The notes beneath the pieces were generated by a model that searched no databases, was not told the origin of the DNA, and saw only the letters and a program-made list of their open reading frames with translations. The position numbers and the translations under genes were made by a program. A stretch of DNA of 64,000 bases, taken from NCBI GenBank assembly GCA_017554185.1, contig JAFZIU010000106.1, positions 4,338 through 68,337 of the forward strand, given 5' to 3'. Below, in pieces: positions 40,662 to 50,264 of the stretch (positions are counted from its first letter, which is position 1; the number at the start of each line of letters is the position of its first letter). The stretch comes from Spirochaetia bacterium (GTDB lineage: Bacteria > Spirochaetota > Spirochaetia > CADAEX01).

Positions 40662-41453
40662 TTGGAAAGTTTAGTCTCTTTCTTCTCAACCTATATCCGG
40701 CCGTTCCTGGATGTGGTTGTCCTTGCTTTTCTGATCTATCAGGTTTATAAGATTCTCCTCCAGAACAACGCCCTCCCTGCCATCAAAGGTGTGGTTGCGG
40801 CCGCAGCTCTCTATGCTCTTGCCTTTATCCTTAAGCTTGATACAATACTCTGGATACTCAACAGGCTGGCTGGTGCTCTTATCATCATCGTTGTAATCAT
40901 CTTCCAGTCCGAGATCCGAAACTTCTTTATCAAAGTGGGACAGAGCCGCTTCCTGCAGAGGCGCCACAGGACAATCGGAACCGAGGTTGAGTCTGTAGTA
41001 AGCGCAGCAGAGATTCTATCTTCTATGAAGAGGGGAGCCCTGATTGTCTTTTCCCGTCAGACCGGACTTAAGAACATAATAGATACAGGAACAATCCTGA
41101 ATGCAGATATCTCATCAAGCCTTATCGTAACTATTTTCGGTAAAGATACTGCGCTGCATGACGGAGCCATCATCATAGCTGGAAAGAAGATTGTGGCTGC
41201 TGGATGCTTCCTGCCGCTCTCGGAACAGAAGGGAATAAGAAAAAGCTTTGGAACACGGCACAGGGCTGCCCTGGGAACAGCAGAGACCACCGATGCAGTT
41301 GTCTTGATTGTATCAGAAGAGTCCGGTGCAATCTCTCTGGCTTACAATTCTAACATCTATTATGAACTTAAGCATGATGAGCTCTTGAGCACTCTGAATA
41401 ATCTGGTGGTACTGGGACTTGCCCAGAGCGACAGCGGGGAGGATGAGGAATGA
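40662..41453 (+). CDS. cdaA: diadenylate cyclase CdaA (c-di-AMP synthase)
   Basis: N-terminal TM helices, DAC domain with TALHDGAIII, GTRHRAALG, SEESGAIS motifs. Confidence 0.9.
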   Translation: MESLVSFFSTYIRPFLDVVVLAFLIYQVYKILLQNNALPAIKGVVAAAALYALAFILKLDTILWILNRLAGALIIIVVIIFQSEIRNFFIKVGQSRFLQRRHRTIGTEVESVVSAAEILSSMKRGALIVFSRQTGLKNIIDTGTILNADISSSLIVTIFGKDTALHDGAIIIAGKKIVAAGCFLPLSEQKGIRKSFGTRHRAALGTAETTDAVVLIVSEESGAISLAYNSNIYYELKHDELLSTLNNLVVLGLAQSDSGEDEE

Positions 41454-42493
41454 ATCTTGGAAGATCTTTCAAAATTATCACCCGGAACTGGGCTGCAAAG
41501 CTTTTCTGCTTTGCTATTGCCGTTGTCATTGTGCTGTTCAACAGGATGAGCAAGATAGAGGAGCGTACTGTGAATGTTCCTTTCAAGCTCTATACAAACA
41601 CCGAATATATGACCACCCAGGATATTCCTCGGACTATCAAGGTATTGCTGCGTGGAAACAAGGATGACATCTATTCTATCATGGGAACTGATCTTACCGC
41701 TTTTGCAGATTTCACCAATGTGGCAGAGAACGGGAGCTACGACAGACCCATAAAGATAGAGCGCAGTGGAAGTGCTCTGTACATAACTCCGCTGGAGATT
41801 CATACAACACCTAACCAGGTCAATTTTGCCTTCGAGCGCAAGACTATAAAGCGTATTCCGCTGGAGCCTGTGATAAAAGGAACACCTGCCGAAGGATACG
41901 AGATCTCTGGTACACTCCTTTCCCCGAACTTTGTGACAGTTGAAGGCCCCGAGAGCGTCCTTGATTCGATTTCTTCTTTCAAGACCACCTCTGTGGATCT
42001 GGACGGTCACTCCGACAACTTCTCTGTCCAGGTCGGAGTTGAGAACAACAGTAAATTTGTACGCGTCCTCAATTCTGATGTAAGGCTTTCACTGAGTATT
42101 GCTAAGATTATGGTTGTAAGGACAGTCCAGAATGTAACTATACTGCTGGCCCATTGTCCTGATGACCTGACTGCAGTGCCAAATGTTCAGGCCGGTTCCA
42201 TCAAGCTGGAAGTAAACAGCCAGAGGGCAGATACCATATCTGCATCCTCCATGAAGCTGGTGGCAGAGCTCGGCAACATCAAGGAGCCTGGAACATATGT
42301 GCTTCCTCTTAAGCCTGCAATACCAAAGAGTATGAACATGGTCGGCTTCTCGCCGGATACTGTGGAGATAACTGTCACTTCCAAGAACATTACACCACAG
42401 GATACACCTGCAGAACCGGCGGCCGCAGCCCCTGCAGAAGCACCGGCCCCAGCCCCAGCCCCAGCTGCACCAGCAGAAAAACCTGCTCAGTAA
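41450..42493 (+). CDS. cdaR: YbbR-domain protein (CdaR, regulator of CdaA)
   Basis: N-terminal TM, repeated YbbR-like beta domains, Pro/Ala-rich C-terminus; follows cdaA with 4-nt overlap. Confidence 0.75.
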   Translation: MNLGRSFKIITRNWAAKLFCFAIAVVIVLFNRMSKIEERTVNVPFKLYTNTEYMTTQDIPRTIKVLLRGNKDDIYSIMGTDLTAFADFTNVAENGSYDRPIKIERSGSALYITPLEIHTTPNQVNFAFERKTIKRIPLEPVIKGTPAEGYEISGTLLSPNFVTVEGPESVLDSISSFKTTSVDLDGHSDNFSVQVGVENNSKFVRVLNSDVRLSLSIAKIMVVRTVQNVTILLAHCPDDLTAVPNVQAGSIKLEVNSQRADTISASSMKLVAELGNIKEPGTYVLPLKPAIPKSMNMVGFSPDTVEITVTSKNITPQDTPAEPAAAAPAEAPAPAPAPAAPAEKPAQ

Positions 42494-42505
42494 AAGAGGT
42501 AAGCC

Positions 42506-43249
42506 TTGGCAAATATCAAGCTTACTGTTGCATATGACGGTACAGCCTACTGCGGCTGGCAGATTCAGAATGATGACGACACAATCCAGGGACGCATGGA
42601 GAAAGCCCTTGAGAAGCTGCATGGCCACCCTGTAAAGCTGACCGGGGCAGGGCGCACCGATTCAGGTGTCCATGCCAGGGGACAGTGCGCCAACTTCATC
42701 ACCGACATGGCTATGCCTGTGGAGAAGTTCAGGGAGGCCCTAAACTCTTTTTTGCCGCCCGATATCAGGATTCTTAAAAGCGAGGAGGTGGAGGATAGCT
42801 TCCATGCCCGCTATGACGCTACAGAGCGCATTTATAAATACTATATGCTGCCCAGAGCTTTGAGCTATCCCTGGCTTGAGCGGTACTGTCTGACTTTGAA
42901 GTGCGCACCCGACATAAACAGGCTGAATGAACTGGCAGCCCCATTGGTAGGATTGCATTCCTTTTCATCCTTTGCATCTGTGATGGAGGATGGCTATCCC
43001 ATGGAGCGGACAGTGAACTCTGCTGTGTTCTACCAGAAGAACGGCTACACTGTGTTCAAGATATCAGCCGACGGCTTTTTAAGACGCATGGTGCGCTCCA
43101 TTGTGGGCACTGTGCTTGATCTGTATGAGAAAGGGGAGGATGGAAAAGCCATGAAGGCTGTCCTCGATGCCCGGGACCGTTCTGCGGCAGGAGCCTGTGC
43201 AGCTGCCAAAGGACTTTTCCTCGACCAGGTGATATATGGGAAACATTGA
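42506..43249 (+). CDS. truA: tRNA pseudouridine(38-40) synthase TruA
   Basis: LTVAYDGTAYCGWQIQ and GAGRTDSGVHARGQ catalytic Asp motif. Confidence 0.9.
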   Translation: MANIKLTVAYDGTAYCGWQIQNDDDTIQGRMEKALEKLHGHPVKLTGAGRTDSGVHARGQCANFITDMAMPVEKFREALNSFLPPDIRILKSEEVEDSFHARYDATERIYKYYMLPRALSYPWLERYCLTLKCAPDINRLNELAAPLVGLHSFSSFASVMEDGYPMERTVNSAVFYQKNGYTVFKISADGFLRRMVRSIVGTVLDLYEKGEDGKAMKAVLDARDRSAAGACAAAKGLFLDQVIYGKH

Positions 43250-43916
43250 ATCTGAATTATACAAATTGATTGATAATACTCAGGACTATATACAGTACGG
43301 CATGATATCGGACAGGAAACTGCCCGAGATGATGCTTAAGAAAGAGGTTCCCGATTCACTTGAGAAGATTGCGGGAGAGGTTGCCCAGTGCAGCAGATGC
43401 AGGCTTTGCGAGAAGCGGAAGAATGTGGTGCCTGGAATAGGTGTGCTTAACCCCGATGTGCTGGTGGTGGGCGAAGGCCCGGGCGGCGACGAGGATATCC
43501 AGGGGCTTCCGTTTGTAGGAAGGGCGGGCCAGTACCTGGACAAGTGGCTTGATGCAATAGGGCTTTCAAGGCATACCAACTGCTTTATCGGCAATGTGGT
43601 AAAGTGCCGCCCGCCTATGAACAGGGACCCGCAGCCCGATGAGATAGCATCCTGCCTGCCGTATCTAGAGCGCCAGATTGCCATTATCAAACCCAAGTTC
43701 ATACTCACCGTAGGCCGCATCTCATCGGCTGTCCTTGCAGGACAGGAGGCCGGAATCGGCCGGCTGCGGGGCAGAACGTACAGCTTTAGGGGCATTCCCC
43801 TTATTCCCACCTACCACCCCAGTGCAGTGCTCCGGGATCCGAGCCTGAGAAAGCCTGTATGGGACGACCTTCGCCGTCTTAAGGCCGAGCTTGAAGAGAT
43901 AAAGAATGTTCATTAA
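43236..43916 (+). CDS. family 4 uracil-DNA glycosylase (4Fe-4S)
   Basis: CSRCRLC...GEGPGGDEDIQGLPFVGRAGQ...VKCRPP motifs of UDG family 4. Confidence 0.85.
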   Translation: MGNIESELYKLIDNTQDYIQYGMISDRKLPEMMLKKEVPDSLEKIAGEVAQCSRCRLCEKRKNVVPGIGVLNPDVLVVGEGPGGDEDIQGLPFVGRAGQYLDKWLDAIGLSRHTNCFIGNVVKCRPPMNRDPQPDEIASCLPYLERQIAIIKPKFILTVGRISSAVLAGQEAGIGRLRGRTYSFRGIPLIPTYHPSAVLRDPSLRKPVWDDLRRLKAELEEIKNVH

Positions 43917-45858
43917 AGTTGCCTTCAACCTTCCGCTTAAGAAAGTGTTCACATACCTTCCTCCCGAAAAAGGGGAGTGTGCGGTGGGAATGCGGGTCAA
44001 GGCCCCTTTCGGCCGCCGGGAGGTGCAGGGCTTTGTGGTGGAAGTTGCCGAAAGCCTGGACGAGGATGTATCAAACCTTAAGGCAATAACCAAAATAATG
44101 GAGAGCGAGCCTCTCTTCGATAAATCTACATGGCAGACAGCCCTCTGGATTGCCGACATGTATATGTGCGGCTGGGGCGAGGCTCTCTATGCCATGCTGC
44201 CAGGCGGCAAGCGGGAGAAAGACCTTGAGGACGAGATGGAGGGCTCCTATGGGCTTCCAGGCTCTATCACCCTTACCGACGAACAGCAGAATGCCGTGAA
44301 CAGCGTTCTTGAAGGCACAGAATCCCTTTTCTATATCCACGGCATAACAGGAAGCGGCAAGACCGAAGTGTTCCTTACTCTGGCCGAGAAAATGCTTGAA
44401 GAGGGCAGGGGAATCATCTACCTGGTTCCTGAGATTGCCCTGACCCACCAGATGGTGGATGCAGTCAAGAAGCGGTTTGCCGACACAGTAGCTGTGCTCC
44501 ATTCGGCCCTTACACCGGCCCAGCGCCTTAAGCAGTGGCGCCGTATACAGAGCGGGGAAGCCAAGGTGGTCATCGGAGCAAGGAGCGGCATATTTGCCCC
44601 GGTCCAGAACCTGGGACTTATCATAATAGACGAGGAGCACGAGAACTCCTATAAATCGGGCTCTTCCCCGCGGTACCATGCACGGCAGGTTGCCATGTAC
44701 AGAGCCAAGAAAGAGAAAGCCAAGCTGGTCATGGGCAGCGCAACTCCGTCGGTAGAGGCTTACCACCTTATGGAGAATGGGACTATAAAGAGGCTTTCTC
44801 TTACCAGGCGTGTATCGGGCGGTCAGCTGCCCCAGATACAGGTGGTGGACATGAGCAAGGAGCATTATGCGATTTCTTATGTGCTCCGTAAAGAGATTAC
44901 CAGGGTATGTGCAGAGGGCAGGCAGGTTATCCTCTTCCTGAACCGCCGCGGTTTCTTCTACAACTTCTCCTGTATCGACTGCGGCTACGAGGCAAAGTGT
45001 TCCCACTGCTCCATACCGCTTACATATCATAAGGACAGAGGTCTTTTGATTTGCCACTACTGCGGCTACTCCCAGCGCCCGGAGCGGGCCTGCCCGCAGT
45101 GCGGCTCGCTTCAGGTGGGGTACGGCGGCTTCGGCACCGAGAAGATAGAGGACGACATACAGCGCCTTTTCCCCCACCTGCGTACCCTCCGCCTGGACAG
45201 CGACACCGCGACCGACAAAGGGCATACCAAGACAGTGCTGGACAGCTTTGCAAAAGGGGAGGCCGATATCCTTTTAGGCACCCAGATGGTGGCCAAGGGC
45301 TTCAACTTCCCGAAGGTGTCGCTGGTGGGCATTATCCTGGCCGATACTACGCTGCAGATGCCGGATTTCCGTTCTGCCGAACGGACATTCTCGCTCCTTA
45401 CCCAGGTGTCGGGCCGGGCCGGGCGCTATTCGGCCGGCGGCAAAGTCATTATCCAGACGTGCAGGCCTGCAAGCTATGCCATAGCCTGTGCTGCCGCCTT
45501 GGATGAGAAAGGCTTCTACAAGCAGGAACTTATGTCCCGTAAGATGCTGGGTTTCCCGCCGTTTTCCAGGCTTTTCCGCTTTGTGTTCCGCAGCAAGAAC
45601 CAGGAAAAGGCATCGGGAGCTGCCTCTGACTTTGCCCAGATGCTGTCACAGATGCAGCCTTCCGGTTACCGTTTCCAGATGCTGGGGCCGGCCGAATGCC
45701 CATTGGCTGTGATTTCAGATAACTACAGATATCAGATTATTATTAATACAGACAGGTTTGCCTCTGCCCACGGCATTCTTTCGGCAGCTTTGGCTGCCTT
45801 CAAAGCCCCATCCGGTGTCTATGTGGAAGCAGATGTGGATCCTTTGAGCCTTATGTAA
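43906..45858 (+). CDS. priA: primosomal protein N' (replication restart helicase PriA)
   Basis: 650 aa, Walker A GITGSGKT, DExH IIIDEEHE, Cys-rich zinc module CIDCGYEAKCSHCS...CHYCGY...CPQCGS. Confidence 0.95.
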   Translation: MFIKVAFNLPLKKVFTYLPPEKGECAVGMRVKAPFGRREVQGFVVEVAESLDEDVSNLKAITKIMESEPLFDKSTWQTALWIADMYMCGWGEALYAMLPGGKREKDLEDEMEGSYGLPGSITLTDEQQNAVNSVLEGTESLFYIHGITGSGKTEVFLTLAEKMLEEGRGIIYLVPEIALTHQMVDAVKKRFADTVAVLHSALTPAQRLKQWRRIQSGEAKVVIGARSGIFAPVQNLGLIIIDEEHENSYKSGSSPRYHARQVAMYRAKKEKAKLVMGSATPSVEAYHLMENGTIKRLSLTRRVSGGQLPQIQVVDMSKEHYAISYVLRKEITRVCAEGRQVILFLNRRGFFYNFSCIDCGYEAKCSHCSIPLTYHKDRGLLICHYCGYSQRPERACPQCGSLQVGYGGFGTEKIEDDIQRLFPHLRTLRLDSDTATDKGHTKTVLDSFAKGEADILLGTQMVAKGFNFPKVSLVGIILADTTLQMPDFRSAERTFSLLTQVSGRAGRYSAGGKVIIQTCRPASYAIACAAALDEKGFYKQELMSRKMLGFPPFSRLFRFVFRSKNQEKASGAASDFAQMLSQMQPSGYRFQMLGPAECPLAVISDNYRYQIIINTDRFASAHGILSAALAAFKAPSGVYVEADVDPLSLM

Positions 45859-47031
45859 TTATTTAGCCAGCAGGTTGTTCAAAGCTGTATCGGCAGCCTG
45901 CTTGATCTCCAGCGGCCATCCTGCATTCTTGGCCACTATAAGCTGGTCTGCAGCATTTGCATCCCCTGAATTTCCAAGAGAGTTGATGACCATGAGCACA
46001 GTCTTATGGTTTTCGTATTTTGTAGCCCCTTCCCGGGTGTAATTGTTCTGTTCTCTCAAGTACTCAGTAAGCACCTTGACTCCGTTCTGACAGTGCGGTG
46101 CCGCCTTTATGGCCAGGTTTGTGAAGGTAGGATTGTAAGAACCATATAGGATTTTCTTGATAGCCTCCTCGGTTCCTCTTACCTTGTATGGAGACTTCTC
46201 TATAGTTGCGCAGGCATTGAGCATATAATCCCCGAACTCGTAGTCGTTTACAATAGTCTGGGTAAAGATGTAGGCTGCCAGATCCACCTTCTGCACTTCC
46301 AGTGCATTTGATTTCCGGCTTATATCAAGGATAAGGGTTCGTCCCTTTGAGCTGTGCTCCCGGTCGGAAATATCCTTGAGAACAGATGTGGGGTTGCGCA
46401 CAATCACAGCCATTGCCTTGGCAGCCCGGTCCTGAACTCCGGACTCCTTTGAATAGTCGCTCATCCTGGTATAGAAAAGAGGTTCATAGTATGATTTTGA
46501 ATGGAGTCTTTCCAGTGCAACCACACAGGACAATGCTGTTTCCTCATTTTCCTTAAGCATATTCTCATAGCCGTTTGTTATATAGAAATACTGCTTTGTG
46601 TTGGAGTCTTCCAGAAGCTCTATGATGCTGTCGGAATACTGCACTGCACCTATCTTCCCAAGTGCTTCGGCAGATGTTCTTATAAGCTGGTTGTTGTCTG
46701 ATTCCTTGAAAATTGTGAAGATTATTTCTGCGTTCTCATTGGAATTGGTCTCTCCAAGGCGGTAGATAAGGACATTCTTGAAGGCATCCACAGCTTCTTC
46801 GCTCTGGTCTGCATACTTTCCGTCCATAGTCTCCTTAAGCTTACCAGATGCATATGCACCGGCAATACGGTCTGAACTGTCAAATGCATTCTCAAGCAGT
46901 TCTGTCTTATATTCCAGGTCCGACTGCTCCATAATCCTTAACATGGTCATGGACTGGTCAAAGGTTCCGGCGCTGATCGGGAGTGCAATGCAGAGGGTCA
47001 GAAGGGCAGATGCAAATATCTTTCTCATCAT
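45859..47031 (-). CDS. secreted HEAT/PBS-lyase-like repeat protein
   Basis: Signal peptide MMRKIFASALLTLCIALPISAG; repeated helical units with EALGKIGA / LGNSGDANAADQL HEAT-like signatures. Confidence 0.45.
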   Translation of the reverse strand: MMRKIFASALLTLCIALPISAGTFDQSMTMLRIMEQSDLEYKTELLENAFDSSDRIAGAYASGKLKETMDGKYADQSEEAVDAFKNVLIYRLGETNSNENAEIIFTIFKESDNNQLIRTSAEALGKIGAVQYSDSIIELLEDSNTKQYFYITNGYENMLKENEETALSCVVALERLHSKSYYEPLFYTRMSDYSKESGVQDRAAKAMAVIVRNPTSVLKDISDREHSSKGRTLILDISRKSNALEVQKVDLAAYIFTQTIVNDYEFGDYMLNACATIEKSPYKVRGTEEAIKKILYGSYNPTFTNLAIKAAPHCQNGVKVLTEYLREQNNYTREGATKYENHKTVLMVINSLGNSGDANAADQLIVAKNAGWPLEIKQAADTALNNLLAK

Positions 47032-47037
47032 ATCATC

Positions 47038-48168
47038 CTACCTGTCGTACAGGAGACAGCTCTGTTCAAGCTGCTCCAGCTCCCTGCCGTCGCCCGAGAA
47101 AGTGGTCTTGAGCACTTTCAGATACTGCTCCGAATAGGTATAGGTTATATACCACTGAAGCTTCTTATCTTCGCCCTGGAATTCCTCCCGGTAAATCAGA
47201 CCGTTGCGGAATGTAGACCTGTGCTGTGCCAGAAGGTTGTCGTCCCTGTCATAGGCACTTTCGCAGATAAGGTTTCCATTTTTGTCGAATTCATTTATGA
47301 AATATTCAGACAGGATTCCATTGGCGCTGTAGCTGTCCACCCTGGTGTTCCTGCCGTTTGTGTAAGTATAAATATTGTAGGAGAGGAGGGTCTTGCTGCC
47401 GTTGTATACACGCCATTCGGCGGTCCGGCCTGCCTCGTTGTATTCATATTCTTCTATTGCAATAAGCTTGTTGGTTCCGTTGAACAGAAGCTGTTCAGTT
47501 ATCTTGCCTGCCTCGTTCCTGTTTATAACATAGTAGCGGATGATGTTGTTATCCTTGTCCAGATACATCTTCCGGTCGGTGTGCACCTCGATTTTCTCAG
47601 TTACAACCTGTTCAATCAGCTCATTGTGGATATCGTATGTCTCGACCTTCACAGGAGTGAGCTTGTCCTGACCATAGGTATAGACCGACGATAATATGAC
47701 ATTCCCATTCTCTCTCTTGGTTTCTTTAAGAGGGACATGGATCTTTGTGAACTTTATTCCGGTTTCTGCAGTCTGCTGTTCCTGCTCTTTCTCTTTATCA
47801 GTTTCGGGCTCCTTGGCCTTTCCCTTGTCCTTCGACTTCTTCTTATCTTTCTTCTGTTCTTTTTCTTTAGGCTTTACCTTTTCTTTAACAGGTTCTTTCT
47901 CTTTAGCCTGCTCTATTTCTTTGGCTGGTGTCTGTTCCTGGGGCTGTTCTATTTCTTTGGCCGGTTCCTGTACCTGGGGCTGTTTTTCTTTGACCTGTGT
48001 CTGCTCTTCGGGCTGTCCGGCTTCTTTAGCTGGCGCCTGTTCTTTTGGCTGTTCCTTTGCTTCGGGCACAGCTTCTGGGACAGATTCTTTTTTCTGAGGT
48101 GTTGCTGTGGAACATGCTGTCAGAATCAGGCAAGCCGCAATAAGCAGCCAAGCCAGGCGTTTGGCCAT
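47038..48168 (-). CDS. lipoprotein with PEQK-rich tandem-repeat linker and YD/RHS-like repeats
   Basis: Lipobox LILTAC; ~110 aa of (EQPAKEIEQ)-type repeats encoded by ~27-30-nt tandem DNA repeats (47800-48100); C-terminal YEYNEAGRTAEW, YTYTNGRN, YDRDDNLL motifs resembling YD repeats. Confidence 0.55.
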   Translation of the reverse strand: MAKRLAWLLIAACLILTACSTATPQKKESVPEAVPEAKEQPKEQAPAKEAGQPEEQTQVKEKQPQVQEPAKEIEQPQEQTPAKEIEQAKEKEPVKEKVKPKEKEQKKDKKKSKDKGKAKEPETDKEKEQEQQTAETGIKFTKIHVPLKETKRENGNVILSSVYTYGQDKLTPVKVETYDIHNELIEQVVTEKIEVHTDRKMYLDKDNNIIRYYVINRNEAGKITEQLLFNGTNKLIAIEEYEYNEAGRTAEWRVYNGSKTLLSYNIYTYTNGRNTRVDSYSANGILSEYFINEFDKNGNLICESAYDRDDNLLAQHRSTFRNGLIYREEFQGEDKKLQWYITYTYSEQYLKVLKTTFSGDGRELEQLEQSCLLYDR

Positions 48169-48360
48169 AATTTCTCCATCCTGATATAAAAACCCGCAAA
48201 GCCGCTTGGAGATAATCTCTTGAACTCATGGTTCAGGTGGGTTTTTAGTCCTCAGATCTCATGAGTATTCCCGAAGGAATGTCAATTTAATCCTGGAAAA
48301 ATCCCTCTTCTATGGTTTGCTCCAAGAGATTTCCACTCCGCCCGCACCCCGCAGGCACTC

Positions 48361-48651
48361 TTATTCTTCTTCTGTCAGTGCAGCATCTATGCTGCTGATA
48401 AGCCGCTGAGCCAATGCCTCTGCATCGGTCCTGTCTTTTTCAGCGGAATTCTGTTCCCTGAAAAGCTCATCTATTAAATTTATACAAGTTAATAAAGATA
48501 TTTTCAAGGGTTCTTTGATATGGAATGATGATTGTGCTTTATTTATTTCCTGCTCGAGGTATGACAGGATTCTGTTGATATAATCAGGATCCTCATTCGT
48601 CTGGAACGAGAATGAGGACCCCAATAAATTAATCTTGAAAGTGTTGCTCAT
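48361..48651 (-). CDS. zapA: cell division protein ZapA
   Basis: 96 aa; N-terminal FKINLLGSSFSFQTNEDPDYINRILSYLEQEI matches ZapA fold signature. Confidence 0.7.
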   Translation of the reverse strand: MSNTFKINLLGSSFSFQTNEDPDYINRILSYLEQEINKAQSSFHIKEPLKISLLTCINLIDELFREQNSAEKDRTDAEALAQRLISSIDAALTEEE

Positions 48652-48662
48652 ATAAGCTTAGA

Positions 48663-49046
48663 TCAGAAAATATTGAGCTGATCCTTGCTGCTGTCATCTG
48701 GACCCAGCTGGATATTCAGGCTCTCTTCCTGTGGAGCTGAGAAAGAGAATGCGCTTTGTGCATTCTTGACTTCTTTCACATGGGATGGAGTGCTGGAAAC
48801 AGGCTCCAGGTTGTCGAAGTCATCAAAAATCTTGATGGCGTTGGCCAGTTCGTTCTCAACTTCATCATTGCCGCTCTTAAGAGAGGAGACAATGCTCTCC
48901 AGCTCTTCTTCCCGCATCTTTGCATTTGAGAGGTTGGTGCGGAGCTGTGCGTTCTCGGCCCTGAGTGCCTTGATCATCTCGATTGCTTTTGCAATGCGGT
49001 CTTCCAATGCCTTGATCTGTTCCATTATGCTCATCCTATACTCCAT
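48663..49046 (-). CDS. coiled-coil cell-division protein, ZapB-like
   Basis: 127 aa, N-terminal leucine-zipper-like coiled coil (IMEQIKALEDRIAKAIEMIKALRAENAQLRTNL); start codon overlaps rplT stop. Confidence 0.45.
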   Translation of the reverse strand: MEYRMSIMEQIKALEDRIAKAIEMIKALRAENAQLRTNLSNAKMREEELESIVSSLKSGNDEVENELANAIKIFDDFDNLEPVSSTPSHVKEVKNAQSAFSFSAPQEESLNIQLGPDDSSKDQLNIF

Positions 49047-49405
49047 TAAGCCTTAAGGGCTTCTTTTGCTTTTTCTACAAGTGCTGTGAAAGCAGCCTTG
49101 TCCTCGATAGCCATGTTGGAAAGTGCCTTCCGGTTAAGAACGATGTTTGCCTTTGCCAGGCCGTTCATGAACTGTGAATAGGTAGTTCCCTGGTTTCTGC
49201 ATTCTGCGGAGATTCTGGCAATCCAGAGTGATCTGAAGTGTCTTCTTCTCTGCTTTCTGTGGTCATAAGAATTCTGAAGAGCTCTTGCAACTGTCTCTTT
49301 TGCTGTCTTGAAAAGCAGGCTTCTTGAGCCTCTGAATCCTTTTGCTCTCTCTAAGATTTTCTTTCTTCTATCATGACGTCTTGTTCCGTCCACTGCTCTT
49401 GGCAT
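49046..49405 (-). CDS. rplT: 50S ribosomal protein L20
   Basis: 119 aa basic protein MPRAVDGTRRHDRRKKILERAKGFRG... Confidence 0.95.
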   Translation of the reverse strand: MPRAVDGTRRHDRRKKILERAKGFRGSRSLLFKTAKETVARALQNSYDHRKQRRRHFRSLWIARISAECRNQGTTYSQFMNGLAKANIVLNRKALSNMAIEDKAAFTALVEKAKEALKA

Positions 49406-49426
49406 AATCTAACTCCTTTAATTTGA

Positions 49427-49624
49427 TTAACTGTAAGGCATCAAAACCTTTGCTCTTGCCTGCTCAGCCTTGCTGAGGATTCCAGAATGTCTAAGGTTTC
49501 TCTTCCGCTTTGTTGACTTCTTGGTCAGAATATGACGCAAGCCCATCTTTTTGTACTTGATCTTTCCTGTTCCGGTAAAGGAATATCTTTTTGCCGCAGA
49601 TTTGCGAGTCTTCATTTTTGGCAT
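49427..49624 (-). CDS. rpmI: 50S ribosomal protein L35
   Basis: 65 aa [26 protein letters not shown]... Confidence 0.9.
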   Translation of the reverse strand: MPKMKTRKSAAKRYSFTGTGKIKYKKMGLRHILTKKSTKRKRNLRHSGILSKAEQARAKVLMPYS

Positions 49625-49635
49625 TTAGACGCCTC

Positions 49636-50154
49636 CTATTTTTTGCCCTTTGGACTCAATAACATGGACATGTAACGACCCTCCATCATGGGGGCCTTGT
49701 CCAGATTATACTCACCGTTCAGAAGCTCCAGGATCTTCTCCAGAGTCTCACGACCGATCTCGGTGTGGGCCAGCTGGCGTCCCTTGAACCTTACGGTGAT
49801 CTTTACCTTGTTTCCTTCGTCGAGAAATTCTTTAACGTGTTTGGTTTTGAACTGCAGGTCATGTATTTCGATTAATGGCTGCATTCTTACTTCTTTTATT
49901 TTAATCTGCTTCTGCTTCTTCTTTGACTCCTTGAGCTTCTTCTCCTGGTCAAAGACGAATTTTCCATAATCCAGCAGCTTGCAGACTGGCGGATTGGCCT
50001 GGGGTGCCACCTCAACTAAATCGTAGCCCCTTTCCTGCGCTAAAGTAAGTGCCTCCTGAATTGATACGACGCCTTTCTGTTCGCCGTTTTCATCCAACAG
50101 TCTAACTTCTCTAACTCTTATACCCTCATTGATTCTTAATTCCTTTTCAGCCAA
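49636..50154 (-). CDS. infC: translation initiation factor IF-3 (TTG start)
   Basis: 172 aa; INEGIRVREVRLLDENGEQKGVVSIQEAL... ; non-AUG (TTG) start typical of autoregulated infC; AGGAGG upstream. Confidence 0.9.
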   Translation of the reverse strand: MAEKELRINEGIRVREVRLLDENGEQKGVVSIQEALTLAQERGYDLVEVAPQANPPVCKLLDYGKFVFDQEKKLKESKKKQKQIKIKEVRMQPLIEIHDLQFKTKHVKEFLDEGNKVKITVRFKGRQLAHTEIGRETLEKILELLNGEYNLDKAPMMEGRYMSMLLSPKGKK

Positions 50155-50264
50155 TAGTCCTCCTATATAAAATCTGTAATAATATGTTCAAAAAAAATAT
50201 CATATACAAATAATTTAGTCAATATCGGCTCCGAAATGACGATAAATGTGTATAGGGAACAGTG

